Below are positions 28,070 to 42,355 of a stretch of DNA of 64,000 nucleotides, piece after piece. The DNA is taken from positions 15,252,001-15,316,000 of the forward strand of contig NC_091999.1 of NCBI RefSeq assembly GCF_044704955.1, read 5' to 3'. Every line of letters starts with the position of its first letter. Position 1 is the stretch's first letter. This stretch comes from Pristiophorus japonicus (lineage: Eukaryota). Position numbers and translations under genes: made by a program. The notes under the pieces were generated by a model. The model was not told where the DNA came from. It saw nothing but the letters and a program-made list of their open reading frames with translations, and did no database searches.

Positions 28070-28985
28070 AATTTTGGGTGCAAAAGCAAATTGTGAGGAA
28101 GACACTAAAAAATATCTGCAAGGTGATATAGACAGGCTAAGCGAGTGGACAAAAATTTGGCAGATGGATTATAATGGTGAAAATCTCAGATTATCCACTT
28201 TGGCAGAAAAAAATAATAAAGCAAGTTATAATTTAAATGGAGAAAAATTGCAAAGTGCTGCGGTACAGAGGGACCTGGGTGTACTTGTTCATGAAACACA
28301 AAATGTTACTATGCAGGTACAGCAAGTAATCAGGAAGGCAAATGACCTTTATTGCAAAGTGGATGGAGTACAAAAGCAGAGCCGTCCAGCTACAACTCTA
28401 CAGGGTATTGGTAAGGCCACACCTGGAGCACTGCATAAAGTTTTGGTCTCCGGATTTAAGGAAGGTTATACTTGCATTGGAGACTTTTCAGATGAGGTTC
28501 ATTAGGTTGATTCCGGAGAAGAGGGGGTTGATATATGAAGAAAGGTTGAGTAGGTTGGGCCTTTACATGTTGGAGTTCAGAAGAATGTGAGATGATCTTA
28601 TCGAAACATATAAGATAATGAGGGGGATCGAGAAGGTGGATTCAGAGAGGACATTTCCATTCACAGGGGAAACGAAAACTAGGAGGCTTCATCTCAGCAT
28701 AAGGTGCTGCCATTTAAAACTGGGATGAGGAGGAATTTCTTCTTGTAAATCTGTGTAATTCTCTGCAACAGAGAGCTGTGCAGGCTGGGTCATTGAATAT
28801 ATGTAAGGCAGAGAGGGACAGATTTTTGAGCGATAAGGGATTAAAGGGTTAGGGGGAGAGGGCAGGGCATTGGAGCTGAGTCCATGATCAGACCAGCAAT
28901 GAACTTATTAAATGGCAGAGCAGGCTCGAGGGGCCAAATGGCCTACTCCTGCTCCTATTTCTTATATTCATTTGTTCTTGTGTTC
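28070..28985 (+). mobile_element. CR1 3' fragment
   Basis: LQGDIDRLSEW, QRDLGVLVH, RPHLEHC; 3'UTR and tail. Confidence 0.87.
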
Positions 28986-30099
28986 TAAAGTCTTAGCGTA
29001 ATATAAAGAAATTCCTTGACCAGTGCAATAATAACTGCGGCAGGAACTAGTGCTTTATAAACCGAGACAGGTCTTAGTGTAATATGAACCGAAACATGAT
29101 GTAGATATCAAATCGCAGAATTGAAGAATGATACAGCACATGGCATGCACATTCAGCTCTCTGGTGCCTGTCCCTGACTGAGTTGAAACAGCTAACCAAT
29201 TGGTCCCACTAACCCTGCTATTTCCCAATAACCCTGCATTATTTCCAGTTCAATTATTTACCCAATTCACTTTTGACATTTATTACCGGAACTGCTTCCA
29301 GTACCCTGTCAGATAGTGTATTCCAGATCATAACAGCTCATTGTGTATTTATTTTTCCTCATTTCGCCTCGGGCTCTTTTGCCAAGTTCGTTAAATGTGT
29401 GTCATCTGGTTACAGACCCGTCAGCCACTGGAAAATTATCTTCTAATTTCAAGTGGCAGAACCATTCACGGTCTTGAACATGTTTGTAAAAGCTCCTTTT
29501 AACCTTCTCTGCTCTAATGACAACAATCTCAATGCCCCGAGCGTCTTCACTGAACTGAAGTCTTTTATCCACGGTACTATTCTAGTAAATTCCCCAAGCA
29601 CTCTTTCCAAGGCCGTTCAATCTTTCCTAAATGTGGCGCTCAGAATTAAACACAATACTCCAGCTGGAGTATAACCAATGTTTTACAGATGCTTAGCTGT
29701 TTGTTCCTTGCATTTTCACCCTATATCTCTATTTATAAAAACGAAAGATACTGTATGCCTTCTGCATTCCAGATCAGAACCACTTGCTACATTAAAACAT
29801 CTCCACATCTCCCTTTTGTTTTTTTGCAAATGATCTTAAATATGTATCCACTGGTTACCGACACTCCTATCAGTGTAAACACTGTCTCCTTTTAACCGTA
29901 TCAAATCCCTTCATAAAAGGAAGGCTATAACAGGCAGAGGCATTATTTTCTGATTGCTGCCAGAGATTGATTGGTAGATTTTGGTTTGGTTAGGAGATTA
30001 CGGGTGACGGAACCAATGCTGGTCGATGGAGTTAAGATGCCGATCATTCGTCATCTAATTGAATAGAGGCATGGTATAGTTCAGTACTAATTAATAAAG

Positions 30100-31300
30100 T
30101 GTATTGCGTAATTTAAACAGAAGAATGGTCTAATCCATTAATAACAGAGACAAGACCTGGAGCAATATAAAGAGGAGACGTCGTATAGTGTAGTAATAAC
30201 TGCGACAGTGACTAATGTAATATAACTAGAGAGATGGTATCGATTCTAATAACGGAGAGTGCCCAGTGTACTATAAACATAGACATTGCTTAGTGCATTA
30301 TAACTGAGGCAAGGTTTCGTGTAATATGAGAGATACATACCAGAGGGCAGCAATAAATGAGACAGTATTTAATATAAGACTATATGAAAAGGGGCACAGT
30401 CCAGTGCAGTAATAACTGAAACAGGGCCTACTGTAATATCAAGAGAGACGTGTTCTCATGCAGTATAAAATTGTGTAATATAAACAGAGACATGGCTTAG
30501 TGCAGTAATAACTAAGGCATGGCCTAGTGTAATATGGAGAGATACAGTGCCTAGTGTAATATAACTAGACACCGGGTCTAGAGCAATAATAAATGAGGCA
30601 GGGCATTGTGCAATATTAACATAAACAGAGTCGAGTACAGTACTAACAGAGAGAGAACCTAGTGTAATATGCCAGCAACATGGTCTACTGCAGTAATAAC
30701 TGAGACAGAGTCCAGTGTAATGTAAACTGAGACATTGTCTAATGTATTAGAAACAGAAAAAGCGTATTGTGCAATATAAACAGAGACATTGACTCGTGTA
30801 ATATAACCAGAGACACTGTCTAGTGTAATATAAACAGGGAGAGAATCTAGTGTAATATAAACTGAGACATTGCCTGGTGTAATATAAACAGGGACATTGT
30901 CAAGTGTAATATTATCAGCCACATTGGCTCGTGTAATGTAAACAGCAACATTGCCTAGTGTAATATAAAATTAGATATTGTCTAGTGTAATATAAAAAGA
31001 TACATTGTCTGGTGTAATATAAACAGAGACATTGTCTAGTGCAATATATACTGAGACATTGTCTAGTATAATATAAAAAGGTACATTGTATAGTGTAATG
31101 TAAACAGAGACATTGTCTAGTGCACTATAAACTGAGACATTGCCTAGTGTAATATAAACAGAGACAGGGTCTAGTGTAATTTAAATAGAGACAGGGTCTA
31201 GTGTAATATAAAGAGACATAAGGTCGATTGCAGCAAAAACCAAGACATGTCCTGCTGTACTTTAAACAGAGACATTGTCTAGATCAGTATAACTGAAACA
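30100..31300 (+). repeat. 27-bp minisatellite; also 8190-8480, 18830-18930, 27630-27950, 37770-38420, 39850-40320, 41060-41530
   Basis: CTAGTGTAATATAAACAGAGACAGGGT tandem copies. Confidence 0.92.
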
Positions 31301-33205
31301 GGATGCCGCTGTCAAATTTATTAGTGTACTCAAACTAGCCTCAGTTTATATTATACTCGACCATATCCCTTTTTATATTACACATGACCCATTCTCAGTT
31401 ATTCCTGCACCAGAACATATTTTATTTAAATTATATCTGAGCATATTCCTGTTTATGTTACATAAGTCCAGATATAACTTATGACTAAAACAGATCTTTT
31501 CTCTACTGATATAACTCAGGACCTGATTTATATTACACAATGCCCTGTCTGAGTTATACAAACTGTCTCTGTTTAAGAACACAAGAAAATAACAATTAGG
31601 AGTAAGAGTCGGCCATTCGGCTCCTCAAGCCTGCTCCACATTTTAATAAGAGCATGGCTGGTCTTTGACCTCAACTCCACGTTAACTCCACCTCAACTCC
31701 ACATGCCTGACACTAATCTACTAAATCTCCTCTTAACCTTTTCTACTCGAAGAACAAACCCATCTTCTCCGGTCTCTCCACATTAACTGAAATCCCTCAT
31801 GGAGGTACCAATCTACGAAATCTTCTCTTAACCTTCTCTGCTCTAAGGGAACAACCCCAGCTTCCCAAGTCTGTCCACATAATTGTAACCCCCCATACCT
31901 GATGTGTTTCCAGTCAATTTATTTTGCACCCTCTCGAAAGACATCACGTCCTTCCTACAGTGTGGTGCCCAGAATTGGACACAATACTCCAGCTGGGCAG
32001 AACTAGTGTTTCTCATCATTCATCCCTGGTACTAATTTGGTAAATCGCCCCTCAGCCTTCTCAACTGTAAGGAGAACAGCCCCAGCTTCTCCAACTCTGT
32101 CCGCGCAGCGAGAGCTTACGTCCTACCGTCCCGTACACACATTGACAGCGAGCTCCAGGCGGGCACTGGCCTGTCCTCAACAGCGAGAAAGGGAAAGAAA
32201 AAAACAGCAGCTGAAAGTCGACGATGACTTAAAACAATTTTTAAAATTGTTACGCTTACCTTTTTTACTAAACAGAAAAAATATCCTGACTGCCCCCACT
32301 GGAATTTCTACCCTGTGACAGTTCACTAGCCAACTCCCTCTCCGGAAAGGTCAACATTTTAATTCTTGTCAGCTTTTTTAGGTGGAGGTGGGGAGGTTAA
32401 ATATATATATTTGCCATCGATCTCTCTCTTATTTGTTAATATAATTTATGAAAGCCCGGTGAAGGAATTGGCTGCAGGAAATTCCAGCAGAGGAATCCTC
32501 ATCAATGGAAGCAGAAACACTGCAAAGCGAAAAAAAGACACGCTTGGGCTGACAGAGGGAGGGAGGGAGTTAGGAGTGGACGGAGGTAGGGATGGGTGCA
32601 CGGAGTGAGCGATTGATGGAGGGAGCGATGGAGAGAGGAAGGAATGGAGCATCGGAGGTGTAAAGTATTAGACGGGTGGAGTCCAGACAGAGGGAGGGAG
32701 AGGTGGGCCCAGGGAGGAAGCGATTGATGGAAGCAGGTATGGAGGGCGGGAGGGATAGAGAGAGGGAGGGATGAAGGGATGTAGGGAAGGAGAGACGGGT
32801 GGAGGATGGGAGGGATGGTCGGGGGGAATGATGGTGTATCTTCCAATTTACTCGATCAAAACTTTTCATGATTTTTAACACCTCTATTAAGTGGACCATA
32901 ACTTGCTCGGCTCTAAGGAAAACATTCCCAGCTTCCAGCTGCTCTGATGGCGCAGCTCTCACAATATAAATCTCAAGTTCCGTGAGTCCTTCTGCCTGGG
33001 GCACTTCCAGATGTTCCCTGCGTAATCACTGACTCTTTTATATAGACCCAGTGGAAATCCCAGTGTGGGAATGACATATTAGGCAAGATAAGAGAACTTG
33101 CGCCTGATGATAAATGGAGCAGTGTAAGACTGGGCTCAGACCCTGAACTTCAGACATGATGAGCTCAATGGCAGCATTTTAAAATACAAGCTGTGATCTG
33201 GTCAA

Positions 33206-34435
33206 GCCTCGGCTCAGTGGGATCACTCTCGCCTCTGACTCAGAAGGTCACAGATACTAAACCTCGCTCGAGAGATCTGAGCCCATAATCTAAACTGACA
33301 CGCCTGGTGCCAGTACTGTGGGAGTGCTGCACGATTAGAGGTGCTGTCTTTCGGGGCAGATATTAAACTGAGGCCTCGTCTTCCCACTCAGGTGGATTTA
33401 ATAAGAACATAAGAATTAGGAACAGGAGTAGGCCATCGAGCCCCTCGAGCCTGCTCCGCCATTCATTAAGATCATGGCTGATCTGGCCGTGGACTTAGCT
33501 CCACTTACCCGCCCTCTCCCCGTAACCCTTAATTCCTTTATTGGTTAAAAACCTACCTATCTGTGACTTGAATACATTCAATGAGCTAGCCTCAACTGCT
33601 TCCTTGAGCAGAGAATTCCACAGATTCACAACCCTCTGGGAGAAGAAATTCCTTCTCAACTCGGTTTTAAATTGGCTCCCCCGGAATTTTGAGGCTGTGC
33701 CCCCTAGTTCTAGTCACCCCTACCCGTAGAAACAAGCACTCTGCCTCTATCTTGTCTATCCCTTTCATGATTTAAAATTTTTCTATAAGATCACCCCTCA
33801 TCCTTCTGAACTCCAACGAATAAAGAGCCAGTCTACTCAATCTATCATCATAAGGTAACCCTCTCATCTCCGGAATCAGCCTAGTGAATCGTCTCTGTAC
33901 CCCCTCCAAAGCCAGTATATCCTTCCTTAAGTAAGGTGACCAAAACTGCACGCAGTACTCTAGGTGCGGCCTTACAATACCCTATACAGTTGCAGCAGGA
34001 CCTCCCTGCTTTTGTACCCCATCCCTCTCGCAATGAAGGCCAACATTCCATTCGCCTTCCTGATTACCTGCTGCACCTGCAAACTAACTTTTTGGGATTC
34101 ATGCACAAGGACCCCCAGGTCGCTTTGCATCTCAGCATGTTTTAATTTCTCCCCATTCAAATAAAATGATTTAAAGGACTCATGGCACTATCTTAAAGAG
34201 CAGAGGAGTTCCCCAGGGTTTCCAGCGGAAAAGTTTATCCCTCAACCAACATCTGAAAAATTGACTATCTGATCATTATTCTATTGCTGTTTATGGGATC
34301 TTGCTGTGCACAAATTTGCTGCCACGTTTCCTACATTACAACCGTGACCATACTTCCGAATTAATTCATTGGCTGTAAAGCACTTTGGAACAACTTGAGG
34401 TCATTAAAGGTGCTATATAAATGCAAGGTGTTTCT
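33206..34435 (+). mobile_element. DeuSINE, unit 4 (split by CR1)
   Basis: Same element, interrupted at 33402-34167. Confidence 0.85.
33402..34167 (-). mobile_element. CR1 3' fragment inserted in DeuSINE with 7-bp TSD GATTTAA
   Basis: TSD at 33395-33401 and 34168-34174; the SINE resumes exactly after the insertion. Confidence 0.9.
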
Positions 34436-37400
34436 AAATGTCAACATTGGAAAATACAATTTGTGATATGTGAAAAGTTCAGATATTACTGTGTTTGTCC
34501 GACACTCCTCTGCTCACTCGTTTAAAGTATTAAGTTTCAATGGATTAAATATTCCACTAAATGGAGATCTAGTGGAATAGCAGCCTGTTCAGAGATGTTC
34601 CACTGAGTTTGGCAGCAGAACTTTCAGAACTGAATTATTCATTTTAAAATTTATTCCCTTTGATATAAATCACATCTGTTCCAATTGAACAAAACTGAAG
34701 CCAAAGTCACTGTTCGAGATATGTATATTTTTGTGTACCAACTGTCAATATTCTTAAAATAAGCCCTTGTTGTGAGTTGAAAAGAATCAATAACTGAGTC
34801 TGTTGATCTTATTTTGCTGCCATAAACATTTCATGGGAACCAGTGAGACGTTTATATAAATAAACACAGAAATAGCAGTCCCAAATTAGAGCATTGAGCG
34901 ACAGAAAGACAATAATTGTTTCCCCATCAACACAGCACCAAAATAAGGAGAGAAATGCAAATCTCTCAACAGATTCCAGCAACAATTGTTTTTTGGTACA
35001 TTTCTCTAAATTATAGGTGAATAAAGTAAAGATGATCCCCACGGTCAGAATGGGGAAAGATTCTAATCACCGTATATAGTGATAGTGACTGTAGAGATTT
35101 CCTCTATCCTCTCTTTCTCCTATTTCCACTTTCCATCTTGTCTTTCAAGAATGGATAATTGGCCTTCCCCGCAACTAGATGTCAACATCTAACAGGCTTA
35201 TTCCTTGAGCCCAAATGACATTCCTCGAACCCAATTGATTGGAGTGCGCAGAGGGAGCTTTAATACAAAATGTGACATGTGCATTTAATGATCTGGGAGT
35301 TTTTGATGGGACAATGTAGAGGGATCTTTACACTGTATCGAAACCGTGCTGAACCAGCCCTGGGCGTGTTTGATGGAACAGTGTAGAGGGAGCTTTACTC
35401 TGTAGCTAACCCTTGCTGTACCTGCTCTGGGATTGTTTGAATGAACGGTGTAGAGGGAGCATTACTCTGTATCTGACACATGCTGTACCTGCCCTGTGAG
35501 TTACATAGTTTAGTGCAGTAAAAACTGAGACAGAGTCTAGTTTAATATAAACAGAAGCATGGTCTAGTTTATTCATATGAAAGAATGGGGCTAGTGTAAT
35601 ATAAAGAGTGTCCTTGACTAGTTTACTATAAGCAGAGACAGGGTCTTCAGTAATAGGAACAAAGGCATGGCATACTCCAGTAATATCTGAAACAGGGCCT
35701 CGTAAAACATTAGTGTTTCTAGTGCAGTAATAACTGAGGTTGTGGCTCGTGCAGTAATTATTGATACTGGGACATTGTTTATTGGTTCCTGGCTTGTGGG
35801 TGTGGCTGTCGCTGGCAAGGCCAACATTGATTGTCTATCCATAATTGGCCTTGAAAAGCATGTGGTGTGCTGCCACCTTGAACCGCTGCAGCCCGTGTGA
35901 TGAAGGTTCTCCCTCAGTTTTAGGGAGGGTGTTCCACGAATTTGGCCCAGCGATTATGAAGGATCGGTAATAACTTTCAACGTTAAGATGGTGTGTGATT
36001 TGGAGGGTTATGTGGAGGTGATGGTGCTCCCATGAGCCTGCTGCCCTTGTCCTTCTAGGTGGAAGAGGTCGTAGGTTTTGAAAATGCTGTCGAAGAAGTC
36101 TTGGCGAGTTGCTGCAATGCATCTTGTAGATAGTAATCATTGCACACATGGTGCGCCAATGGTGGAGGTAGTTAATATTTAACGTGGTGGATGGGGTAAT
36201 ATAAACAGGAACAGGGTCTAGTGCAGTAATAACTGAGACAGGTTCTGGTGCATTATAGAATCATAAACTGGTTACAGCAACGAAGAGGGCCATTCGGCCG
36301 ATACAGCCCGTGCCGCTCTCTGCAAGAGTAATTCAGCTAGTCCACTCCCCCGCCCTTTCCTGTAGCCCTGTCAATTGTTTCCTTGAGGTACTTATCCAAT
36401 TCCTTTTGTAATGCCATGATTGACTTTGCCTCCACCATTCTTTCAGGCAGTGCATTCCAGATCGTAACCGCTAGCTGTGTAAAAACGTTTTCATCCTATC
36501 CCCTTTGGTTCTTCTGCCAATCACTTTAAATCTGTGTCCTCTGTTCTCGATCCTTACGGCAATGGTAACAGTTTCTCCCCAGGTACTCTGTGTCCTCTTG
36601 CAGTCAGCACTATCCTCCTCACTGTTCACTATGCTTCCAAGCTTTAAATGTTAAGAACATTTTTAAATTGTGCCCCGTACACCAAAATATACGTCATGCA
36701 TATAAATCAAGATAAGCAGAGTTCCTATTACCAACCAATGCGGAATACCACTGTACACCATCCTCCAGTCCAAATAAAAACACTACTCTTTGATTCCTGT
36801 CACTCAGCCAATTTCATATCCATGTTGCCACTGTTCTTTTTATTTTATGGACTTCAACTTTGCTGGCAAGGATATTATCAAGACACTTTATCCAACGCCT
36901 TTTGGAAGTGGTCCACATCAACCATATAAACGGAGACTGGGTATTAGGAGGTAAATCTCAGGAGCTTCTGTGTGATGGTGAGGTGATCACTAGACAATAA
37001 AGCGCAGAGACCGATGGGGTGCTGCTCATTATCCTTGGTGGGATTTAATCCGCTTTCCCACTGAATACAGAGACAGACATGGTCACCTTGGTAACGGAAT
37101 GGTCAGTGTGACATCACTTTCTAAACAAGAGCATACAGGACAATGGGTTATCAATAAATGCTACAGTTATTAAACGACATGCAATTGCATATTGAATACA
37201 ATAAAATGCTGAAAAATAATGGTTGAAGCCAATCATTTATCTTTGTGGAATGCACACATAATGAATGATGTGTTTTGTACACACACACGTACACATACAC
37301 ATACACATATAGCAACATCTTTGTGTGTGCTCTTTTCAGTTGTTCATCTTAACGAGATGAGAGAATTTTTTCAGGTGGATATTAGGACCACGCGGCCGCC

Positions 37401-38424
37401 CATCCGGCAGTGCTGTGAGGTGACGGTTCCAGGTTCTGTGTGACATAATCAGTGGGTCACGTGACAGCTAACTAGCAAATACGGTAGGAAAAACAATCCT
37501 TAACATCAAAGAACTGGCAGGAATTGGCACAGGACAAACCACGTGTGAATTAGTCACCTTTAACGCACAGAGTGCCACTAAGTCGTGCAGTCCTGTCCCT
37601 CAATCTCAGTCCATCTCTTGGAGATTGATACAAAATTCACCACATCCTCTCAACACAAATATTAACGAAACAATACCAGATCAAGCAGAAATTGCACAGC
37701 TCTTGATAATTGTTAACAAAACGAAACATATACTTGTAACCAAAAAAGTATTGCATCCTCACAGGGCTTGTGTAATATAAGATAGACAGGGTCGAATGCA
37801 ATATAAAGAGAGAAAAGGTATAGTGTAATATAAGCAGGGATAGAGCCTAGTGCCATGTAAACAGCGGCAGGGTCTAGTGTAATATAAACAGGGACAGGGC
37901 CTTGTGTAATATACACAGAGACAGGGTCGAGTGTAATATAAACAGGACCAGGGTCTCGTGTAATTTAAGCTGAACAGGGTCTAGTGTAATATAAGCAAAG
38001 ACAGGTCTAGTGTAATATAAAAATAGACAAGGTCTAGTGTAACATAAAGAGAGACAGGCCTAACATAACATAAACAGGGACAGGGTCTAGTGTAAACTAA
38101 ACTGAGACAGGGTCTAGTGTAATGTAAACTGATACAGAGTCTATTGTATTATAAACTGAGACAGGGTCTAGTGTAATTTAAACAGAGACACGGTCTAGTG
38201 TAATATAAACAGCAACAGGGCCTAGTGTAATACAAACGGAGACAGGGTCTAGTGGAATATAAACAGAGACAGTGCCTAGTGCAACATAAACAGATACATG
38301 GCCTAGTGTAATATAAACAGGGACATGGCCTAGTGCAATATAAACAGGGACAGGACCTAGTATAAACTAAACAGAGACAGGACCTAGTGTAATATAAACA
38401 AACACACAGATAATGTAATAAAAA

Positions 38425-39850
38425 TAAGAACATAAGAACTAGGAACAGGAATAAGCCGCCGGTCCACTCGAGCCTGCTCTGCCATTTAATAAGATCATGG
38501 CTGACCTGATCATGGACTCAGCCCCACTTTCCTGCCCGCTCCCCATAACCCTTTATTCCCTTATCGCTCAAAGATTGGTCTATCTCCGCCTTCAATATAT
38601 TCAATGGCCAGCCTCCACAGCTCTCCGTGGCAGAGAATTGCATAGATTTACAGTCCTCTGAGAGGAGAATTTCCTCCTCATCTCAGGTTAAATGGGCAGC
38701 CCGTTATTTTGAGACTATGTTCCCTAGTTTTATTTTCCCCTATGAGTGGAAATATCCTCTCTGCTTCCACCTTGTCGAGCCTCCACATTACCTTAAAAGT
38801 TTCAATAAGGTCACCTCTGATTCTTCTGAACTCAATTGCGTATAGGCCCAACGTACTCAACCTATCTTCATAAGTTAACCCCCTCATCTCCGGAATCAAC
38901 CTCGTGAACGTTCTCTGAACAATGTCCAATGCAAATACACCCTTCCTTAAATACGGAGACCAAAACTGTATGCAGTACTCTAGCGGTGGCCTCACGAATA
39001 CCCTGTACAGTTGTAGCAGAACTTCTCTGCTTTTATATTCTATCCCCTTGCAATAAAGTTCAACATACCATTTGCCTTCCTGATTATCTGCTGTAACTGC
39101 ATACTAACGTTTTGTGTTTCATGCACAAGGACTGCCAGGTCACTCTGTACTGCAGCACTTTGCAATTTTTTTCCATTTAAATTAAAATTTGCTTTTCTAA
39201 TTTTTCCTGCCAAAGTGGATAACCTCACATTTTCCCACATTATACTCCATCTGCCAAATTGTTGCCCACTCACTTAGCTTGTCTATATCCCTTTACAGTG
39301 TCCTCCTCACAATTTGTTTTCCCACCCATCTTTTTATCATCAGCAAACTTGGCTACATTACACTCTGTCCCTTCATCCGAGAGATTAAAATAGATTGTAA
39401 AATTAGAGGACACAGCACCGATCCCTGCGGCACCACACTAGTTACTGTTTTCCTACCGGACAATGACCCATTTATCCCGACTCCCTGTTTTCTGTTAGTT
39501 AGCCAAAGCTCCATCCATGCTAATACATTCGCCCCAACCCCGTGAAATTTATCTTGTGCAGGAACCTTTTATGTGGCACCTAATCAATTGCTTTATGGAA
39601 ATCCAAATATAACACATCCACTGGTTCTCCCTTATCTACCTTAATCGTTACATCCTCAATGAACACAAGCAAATATGTCAAACATGAATTCCTTTTCATA
39701 AAACCATGCTGACTTCGCTTGATTGAATTATGCGTTTCCAAATATCCCGCTGCTGCTTCCTTAATAATGGAGTCCAACATTTTCCCAACAACATATGTTG
39801 GGCTAACTTGTCTAGTTTCCTGCTTTTTGCCTGTCTCCTTTTTAAAATCG
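38425..39850 (-). mobile_element. 5'-truncated CR1 LINE
   Basis: RPPLEYCIQFWSP, YLDFHKAID. Same position (after the 27-bp array) as the 8482 element. Confidence 0.87.
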
Positions 39851-41904
39851 GGACAGGATCTCGTGTAATATAAACAGAGATAGAGTCTAGGGTAATTTAA
39901 GCAGTGACAATGTCTAGTGTAATGTAAAAAGAAACAGGATCCAGTGTAATATAAATCGAGACAGGATCCAGTGTAATATAAACACAGACAGGATCTGGTG
40001 TAAAATAAACAGAGACAGGGTCTCGTGTAATATATAAAGAGACATGGTCTAGTCTAATATAACAGATACAGGGTCTAGTGTAATATAAACAGAGACAGGC
40101 TCTACTGTAATATATAAAGAGACATGGACTAGGGTAATATAAATAGTGACATGGTCTAGTCTAATATAAACAGAGACAGGGTCTGGTGTAATATAAACAG
40201 AGACAGGGTCTGGTGTAATATAAACAGAGACAGGGTCAAGTGTAAAATAAACAGCGAGAGGGTCTAGCATAATATAAACAGAGACAGGGTCTAGTGTAAT
40301 ATAAACAGAGACATGGTGTAGTGGAGTAATAACTGAGAAACTATCAGCTGTGATTTCATAGTTTCGTAGACAATTACAGCTGAAAGGAAGCTATTCGGTC
40401 CATCGCGCCTCTGCTGACTCTGAGTGAAAACCAATTCTGCTCTTCTCCGCTTCAGATCTTTTGCCAATGCTTTCAAATCTAGGACCTCTGCTTAGTGGGA
40501 GCCGATATAATATATCATAGAATCTTAGAAGTTTCCAGCACGGCAGGAGACCATTTCAGCTCATTATATAGCACCAGCCGACCAAGAGCTATCCTGCCTA
40601 ATCCCACTTTCCAGCTCGTGTTCAGTAGCCTGTAGGTTACAACAGGTTAACTGAACATTCAAGAATCTTTTAAATATGGTGAGGATTCCTGCCTCTACCA
40701 TTATTTCATGTAGTGCGTTTCAGACCCCCACCACGCTCTCGGTGAAGACATGTCCCCTCATATCTCCTCTACATTATAAAACTAGTTATCATGTTGAAGA
40801 CATCTATTAGGTCGCTAATTATACTTCTCTGTTACAGGAGAACAGTTCTAACTTTTGAACGCTCTAATTGAAGTCCCTCATCCCAGGTAACAACCCGTTA
40901 AACCTCTTCAGTACCCTTTTTAGTGTCTGTACATCGTTATGGAAATGTGGTGCTCAAAATTGTCCATAATATTCCATCTGAGATCTAAGGCCTAATATAA
41001 GCAGAGATAAGTTGCAATGTATTAATAACTGAGCCAGCATCTCGAGTGATTTAACTAGAGACTGGGCCTAGTGCAAGATAAAGAGAGACCGGCTCTAGTG
41101 TAACATAAAAAGAGACAGGTTCTAGTGATAGAGATATATGGGCGAGTGTAACATAACCAACGAAAGGGTCTAGTGTAATATAAACAGAGACATGGTCGTG
41201 TAATATAAACTGAGACAGAGTCTAGTGTAATATAAGCAGAGACAGTATCTAGTCTAATATAAACAGAGACAGAGTCTAGTGAAATATAAACAGAGGCAGG
41301 GTCTCGTGTAATATAAACAGAGACAGGGTCTAGTGTAATATAAACAGAGACAGGACCTAGTGTAATATAAACAGAAGCAGGGCCTGGTGTACTATAAACA
41401 GAGACAATGTCTAGTGTAAGATAAAGAGAGATAGGGTCTAGGGTAATATAAACAGAGACAGGGTCTTGTGTAATGTAAACAGGGATAGGATCTAGTGTAA
41501 TCTCAGCAGAGACAGGGTCTAGTGCAGTAATACATTTTAAATCTCTGGCTTGTGGTTAATGTACGTCCTACCAATGGAAAAGATTTCTAACTATTTACTC
41601 GATTAAACCTCCTCATAATTTTGATCACCCCTATTAAATCGCCTTTAACATTCTCGGACCTAAGGAGCACCGTCCCAGTTTCCAGCTGCACGACTGATGC
41701 ACCTCACGGACATCCAGATGCGAAGTCACTAAGATTTGATATGGAAATCCCATTTTACAACAGTGCCGGAATATCATTCCAGGCAAGATAAGAGCATTAT
41801 CCCCGGGAAATAAACCGACTGTGCAAGACTCGTCTCAGGCAATGAACTTTGGACACTCTGAACTAAATTACAACATCTAAAAAATAAAGCTGTGGTGTGC
41901 TAAA

Positions 41905-42355
41905 TCCCCGGGAGAATGGGATCACTCTCGCCTCTGATTGAGAAGGCTGTGGGTTCAAACCCCTCTCCAGAGACTGAGCACATAATCTCGGCTGGCACTC
42001 CCGGTACCAGTACCGAAGAGGAAGGGGGGGGATGCTATATTGACGGTGGTGCAGTCTTTCGGATGAGACGTTACATCTGCTGAGTCTCCCCTCACAGTTG
42101 GATGTAAGAGATTGAATGGCACGATTTTAAATAGCAGGGAAGCTCATCCCGGTGTCCATTATACATATTTATCCATTAACCAGCATCGGTAAAGAACAGA
42201 TTCTGTGGTTATTATCACATTACGTTTGTGGGAGCTTGCTGTGCGCAATTTGACTTCACGTTTCCTACATTACAAAAGTGACTACACTTCAAACGTACTT
42301 CATTGTAAAGCGCTTTTGAACATTCCAAGGACGTGAAAGTCGTGAAAGTTATTTC
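41905..42355 (+). mobile_element. DeuSINE, unit 5
   Basis: GGGTTCAAA B-box, GTCTTTCGGATGAGACGTTA core, TTTCCTACATTACA tail region. Confidence 0.83.

Noticed and set aside
41905-41975. tRNA gene
   Set aside because: tRNA-derived SINE head continuing into the Deu domain; no full cloverleaf.
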